From Octopus sinensis (taxonomy: Eukaryota): a stretch of DNA of 64,000 nt. Positions within the stretch are counted from its first letter, which is position 1. The number at the start of each line of letters is the position of its first letter. The DNA lies in contig NC_043009.1 in the NCBI RefSeq assembly GCF_006345805.1, positions 25,730,001-25,794,000 of the forward strand. Reading direction: 5' to 3'. The notes below the pieces were generated by a model. The model did no database searches. It worked only from the letters and a program-made list of their open reading frames with translations, and was not told where the DNA came from. Of the stretch, positions 60,106 through 64,000 are shown piece by piece. Made by a program: the position numbers and the translations under genes.

Positions 60106-62722
60106 AGCAGTTGTTGGCCAAATATCAAACACACTTTCAACACCTTTCAATTGTATGGTTCAATTTGGCAGTGTTAGCAGTATAACTTGCTGGGGGTAGA
60201 AATGTGAATAGAAATGGGGAGGGGGGATGAGAAGTGCAATAACAAGGAAAAAGATATGAAATATATACAACGAAACAAAAGCAATCATCATCATCGTTTA
60301 ACGTCCGTTTTCCATGCTGGCATGGGTTGGATGGAACGACTGGGGTCTAGGAAGCCAGGAGGCTGCACCAGGCCCCAATCTGATCTGGTAGTGTTTCTAC
60401 AGCTGGATGCCCTTCCTAACGCCAACCACTTTGAGAGTGTAGTGGGTGCTTTATACATGCCACTGGCACAGGGGCCAGAGGAGCTAGCATCAACCACGAT
60501 CGATGGTGCTTTTTACATGCCACTGGCACGGAAGCCAGTCAAAGCAGCTCTGGCATCGGCCACGGAAAGATGGTGCTTTTTACGTGCTACCAGCATGGGG
60601 CTCACGACTACAATTTCCATTTGAGATTTGATATTGCTGTTGATGTTAGTGTACTTGACTCAATAGGTCTCCCCAAGCACGGCATGTCGTCCTATGATCC
60701 AAAGTATTTTTGAGTGTGCTGGTTATGCAACACTGGTGTAGTTTACAACTGTGGACTCACTTTATTTGCTGGGTCTTCTCAGTCACAGCATACCTAGACC
60801 GTCGTGGAAAAATACAAGCGATGGTCAGTACATGGGCGACTAAACATTTTGGCTGGTCGTTGGGGGTGCGTTTTGTGCTGCAACTGATCACTGATAGCTA
60901 GAGAGAAAGAATGGACAGCAAATGTATTAAACCAAATTTATTCACCGCTAATCCAAGTTCGAGTCAAGCCTCAAAAGAATGGAAATAATGGTCCTTGGGT
61001 CTTCTAAAATCAACACTCAATCTTTCAAAGGCTTGAGTAGATTTAATTACTAACGAAACAGAGGTTTTAGTAAAGCGAGGCTTCACCTCACAACATATTA
61101 CACAATTGTTAGTTATATGCTTTATGTCATCTACAGAGTATGGTAAATTCTTAACTCTAATATAATGAAACAATTGTGATCCCAGGATGACACAGCACTG
61201 CATGAACACAGTACAGTTCATTATCAGTCGTAGCCGTGCAAAAGTAACGCGATAAAGCATCAGATTCAGCATTAAACTTGCCTTGGCGGTAAATGATATC
61301 AAATTTATACTGAGCTAGTTCGATTCGCCAACGCATCATCTTTTCGATTTTAGTTTTACTGCGCCTTTGACAAACATAAAAGCAACACTGTTTTGATCAG
61401 TTATTAGTTTGAAGTTGTGTCCGAGAGGAAAATGAGACCATTTTCTCATAGATTCCACAACCTCAGAGAAAAGAGGCTACACGTAGAATAAACTAAATTA
61501 TTCTAGAAGCCTACTTTTTTTTCCAGCAATTACTAGTGGCAGTTTTATTTACCAAGGGAGGTCATTCATGTAAAATCTGCTTAAGGGAGACAACTCTCGA
61601 TGACGTTTAAACATTCTCAACAAACTTTTCCGGTGGTATTACGAAATGAATTTTCAGTTTGAATAAACTTAATTATTTGTTCATAAATATAGAAACTTCG
61701 GAATTGCATTTGTAATATTGTGCGGCATATTTTCTGCTGAGTTGAAGAAATATTGTTAAACATAGAGCAAGGGTTTCTAAGACGAGGTTAGTGATCACAT
61801 ACATGATAAATCCCAGAATTTATGGTTTCAGTCTATTTGAGTGTAGAAACCTGTACACGACTCCTTAATATGCTAGAAGTAGTAGTCAAATTTCTCTTAA
61901 GCTATAGGAATAACAAATTGGTTTAATGTAGAGACGTCCATACATTGTGTCTGGCCTTCACCCAGCCCACCAAAGAGTCGACCGGGTGGTGGTGGTGGGA
62001 ACATTTGCAATATGTTTGCTCAACCACAACGAGACGAGTAATCTATCTAGTTGTCTCGATGTACTAGAACTAGCAGCGAAATAAAATCTACCTTAAATCA
62101 GATTGTACCGGGGGACTTTTTGATTCAGTTGTTGGCCAAACATCAACACCTTTCAAATAGTATGGTTCAATTTGGCAGTGTTAGCAGTATAACCTGCTGG
62201 GGGTAGAAATGTGAATAGAAATGGGGAGGGGGGATGAGAAGTGCAATAACAAGGAAAAAGATATGAAATATATACAACGAAACAAAAGCAATCATCATCA
62301 TCGTTTAACGTCCGTTTTCCATGCTGGCATGGGTTGGATGGTTCGACTGGGGTCTAGGAAGCCAGGAGGCTGCACCAGGCCCCAATCTGATCTGGTAGTG
62401 TTTTCTACAGCTGGATGCCCTTCCTAAGGCCAACCACTTCGAGAGTATAGTGGGTGCTTTATACGTGCCACCGGCACAGGGGCCAGAGGAGCTAGCATCA
62501 ACCACGATCGATGGTGCTTTTTACATGCCACTGGCACGGAAGCCAGTCAAAGCAGCTCTGGCATCGGCCACGGAAAGATGGTGCTTTTTACGTGCTACCG
62601 GCATGGGGCTGACGACTACAATTTCCATTTGAGACATGATATTGATGTTGATGTTAGTGTGCTTGACTCAGTAGGGTATCAAGGTACTTTTGAGTGGGCT
62701 GGTTATGCAACACTGGTGTAAG
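60106..62722 (+). repeat. Local direct duplication of about 600 bp (60106-60740 and 62126-62722)
   Basis: Unique flank plus RTE tail duplicated with few differences; both copies give MGRGDEKCNNKEKDMKY ORFs. Confidence 0.9.
60964..61462 (-). mobile_element. Gypsy/Ty3 LTR retrotransposon pol fragment (RNase H end + integrase zinc-binding region)
   Basis: FKLITDQNSV...MRWRIELAQYKFDIIYRQGKFNAESDALSR; LCHPGI; NCVICCEVKPRF...FERLSVDF; frameshifted. Confidence 0.85.
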
Positions 62723-64000
62723 ATACAGCTTTTTTTGTACCCATGTTGATGGGTACGAGTGTTTAAATCCGATAAAAAATACGCAACCTTGCTTAGACAT
62801 TTTGGCTGGTCGTTGGGCGCGTTTTTGTGCTCCAAACAACGAGAGGTAATCTGCAGCGAAATAAAATCTACCTTAATCAGATTGTACCGGGCTTTTTTGA
62901 TTCAGGAAAAAATTCGGTGGACACGAAATCGGCAAGGATTTGATGTCGCTAATGTATGAAAAGGTGTAGATATGTGTGCATGTGAGAGAGATTATGTTAA
63001 TAAAAACCATTTAAGCCCCATGTACACGCGCTCACATGTAAATAACGTCGCACAACAGCGTACACCCCACCGCCGCTCTCTCCCTGTCTGCGTGTCTATC
63101 TTCAAACTGCTAGAAATTGCAGCCAAATCTCCACACCGTACGAATGAAAGACACAGTCAATGAAAAAAAAAGGAAAGAAAAAGACATTGCCATCTGTAAA
63201 GAAGCCACTACAGGGCGAAACTGCAACACAGTAATCAAAGCCAGAGCTTGTTTATGTGTTTGAAACGTTAGAAATAGCAGTGAACTGCTTCCCAATTTGG
63301 ACCCAAGTGTATAAGAAAAGAAGGACACTTTGTCCGAAGTAGTTCCTGATACACAAAAGACTATTTGAGCGGATTTTATAAGTGGTGTGATGAGCCGGGG
63401 CTAACCAAGTGCTAAGGTACGACAACTAAAGGAACCTCTACACAGTTAGTTGATCTAAAATATTAAAAAAAAGACAACCCAAAACGCCGAAAGGAAGGGT
63501 ATATTAGACAATGTCAGCCTTGATGTACGTAAAGATGAGATGACCATGAGTTCATCGAAAGTCAAATCAAGCTAGAAAGAAATTTTCTTCAAATAATATA
63601 CTAAAATGCCATTGCCAAATACGCTATCTTTAAGATCGCATGTTCGTGCTTGTGTGTGTATATATTCATGTGTGTGCCTCGATTAACGTACGAAAATAGA
63701 CGTGTGTTGCTAGATTTTTATGTGCGTGTATCTATTAGCGAATGAAAATAGCCGCCTGTGTGCTTGCTAGATGCGCTATAAGTAACAACCAAATCTCCTT
63801 TAAATCCTACCGCTTTGTCTATGCGTATATAAGCACTCGCGCACTCATACACACACACTATATAACATACCTGTAATGCAGTTTTATAAATTTAATCGCT
63901 TAACAGCTATGTTACAGTTTTGGTCAAAAAAATTCTCCACAGAATAAGAGAAAAAAATTAAATGATCTTTAGACATCGCTGATCGGATAAGTATAACTTA

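Overview
AT-rich, microsatellite- and repeat-dense eukaryotic DNA. The tRNA-derived SINE families resemble those of octopus/coleoid cephalopods; this is inferred, not searched. The window holds one multi-exon + strand gene, an N4BP2/NONU-1-like protein. I reconstructed 15 phase-consistent GT-AG coding exons from 27492 to 57597 (about 843 codons; the true 5' start is not securely located, with a candidate first exon at 1533-1587). Domain order is PAM2 motif, P-loop polynucleotide-kinase (AAA_33-like) domain, acidic linker, CUE-like domain and C-terminal Smr nuclease. The rest is introns and flanks filled with SINEs, CR1- and RTE-type LINE remnants, mariner/maT, piggyBac and pogo-like elements and MITEs (several nested three deep), a Helentron-type HINE, a Gypsy fragment and a local duplication. 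Highlights: (i) several minimal type I hammerhead ribozyme motifs in fold-back, (TA)n-associated Penelope-like termini, one in sense orientation inside an intron; (ii) a consensus PAM2 (PABP-binding) motif in an animal N4BP2-type protein whose Smr HS motif is altered; (iii) a CR1-like LINE sharing its 3' tail with the main SINE; (iv) long dsRNA-forming structures (inverted SINE arrays, a 3'UTR hairpin).
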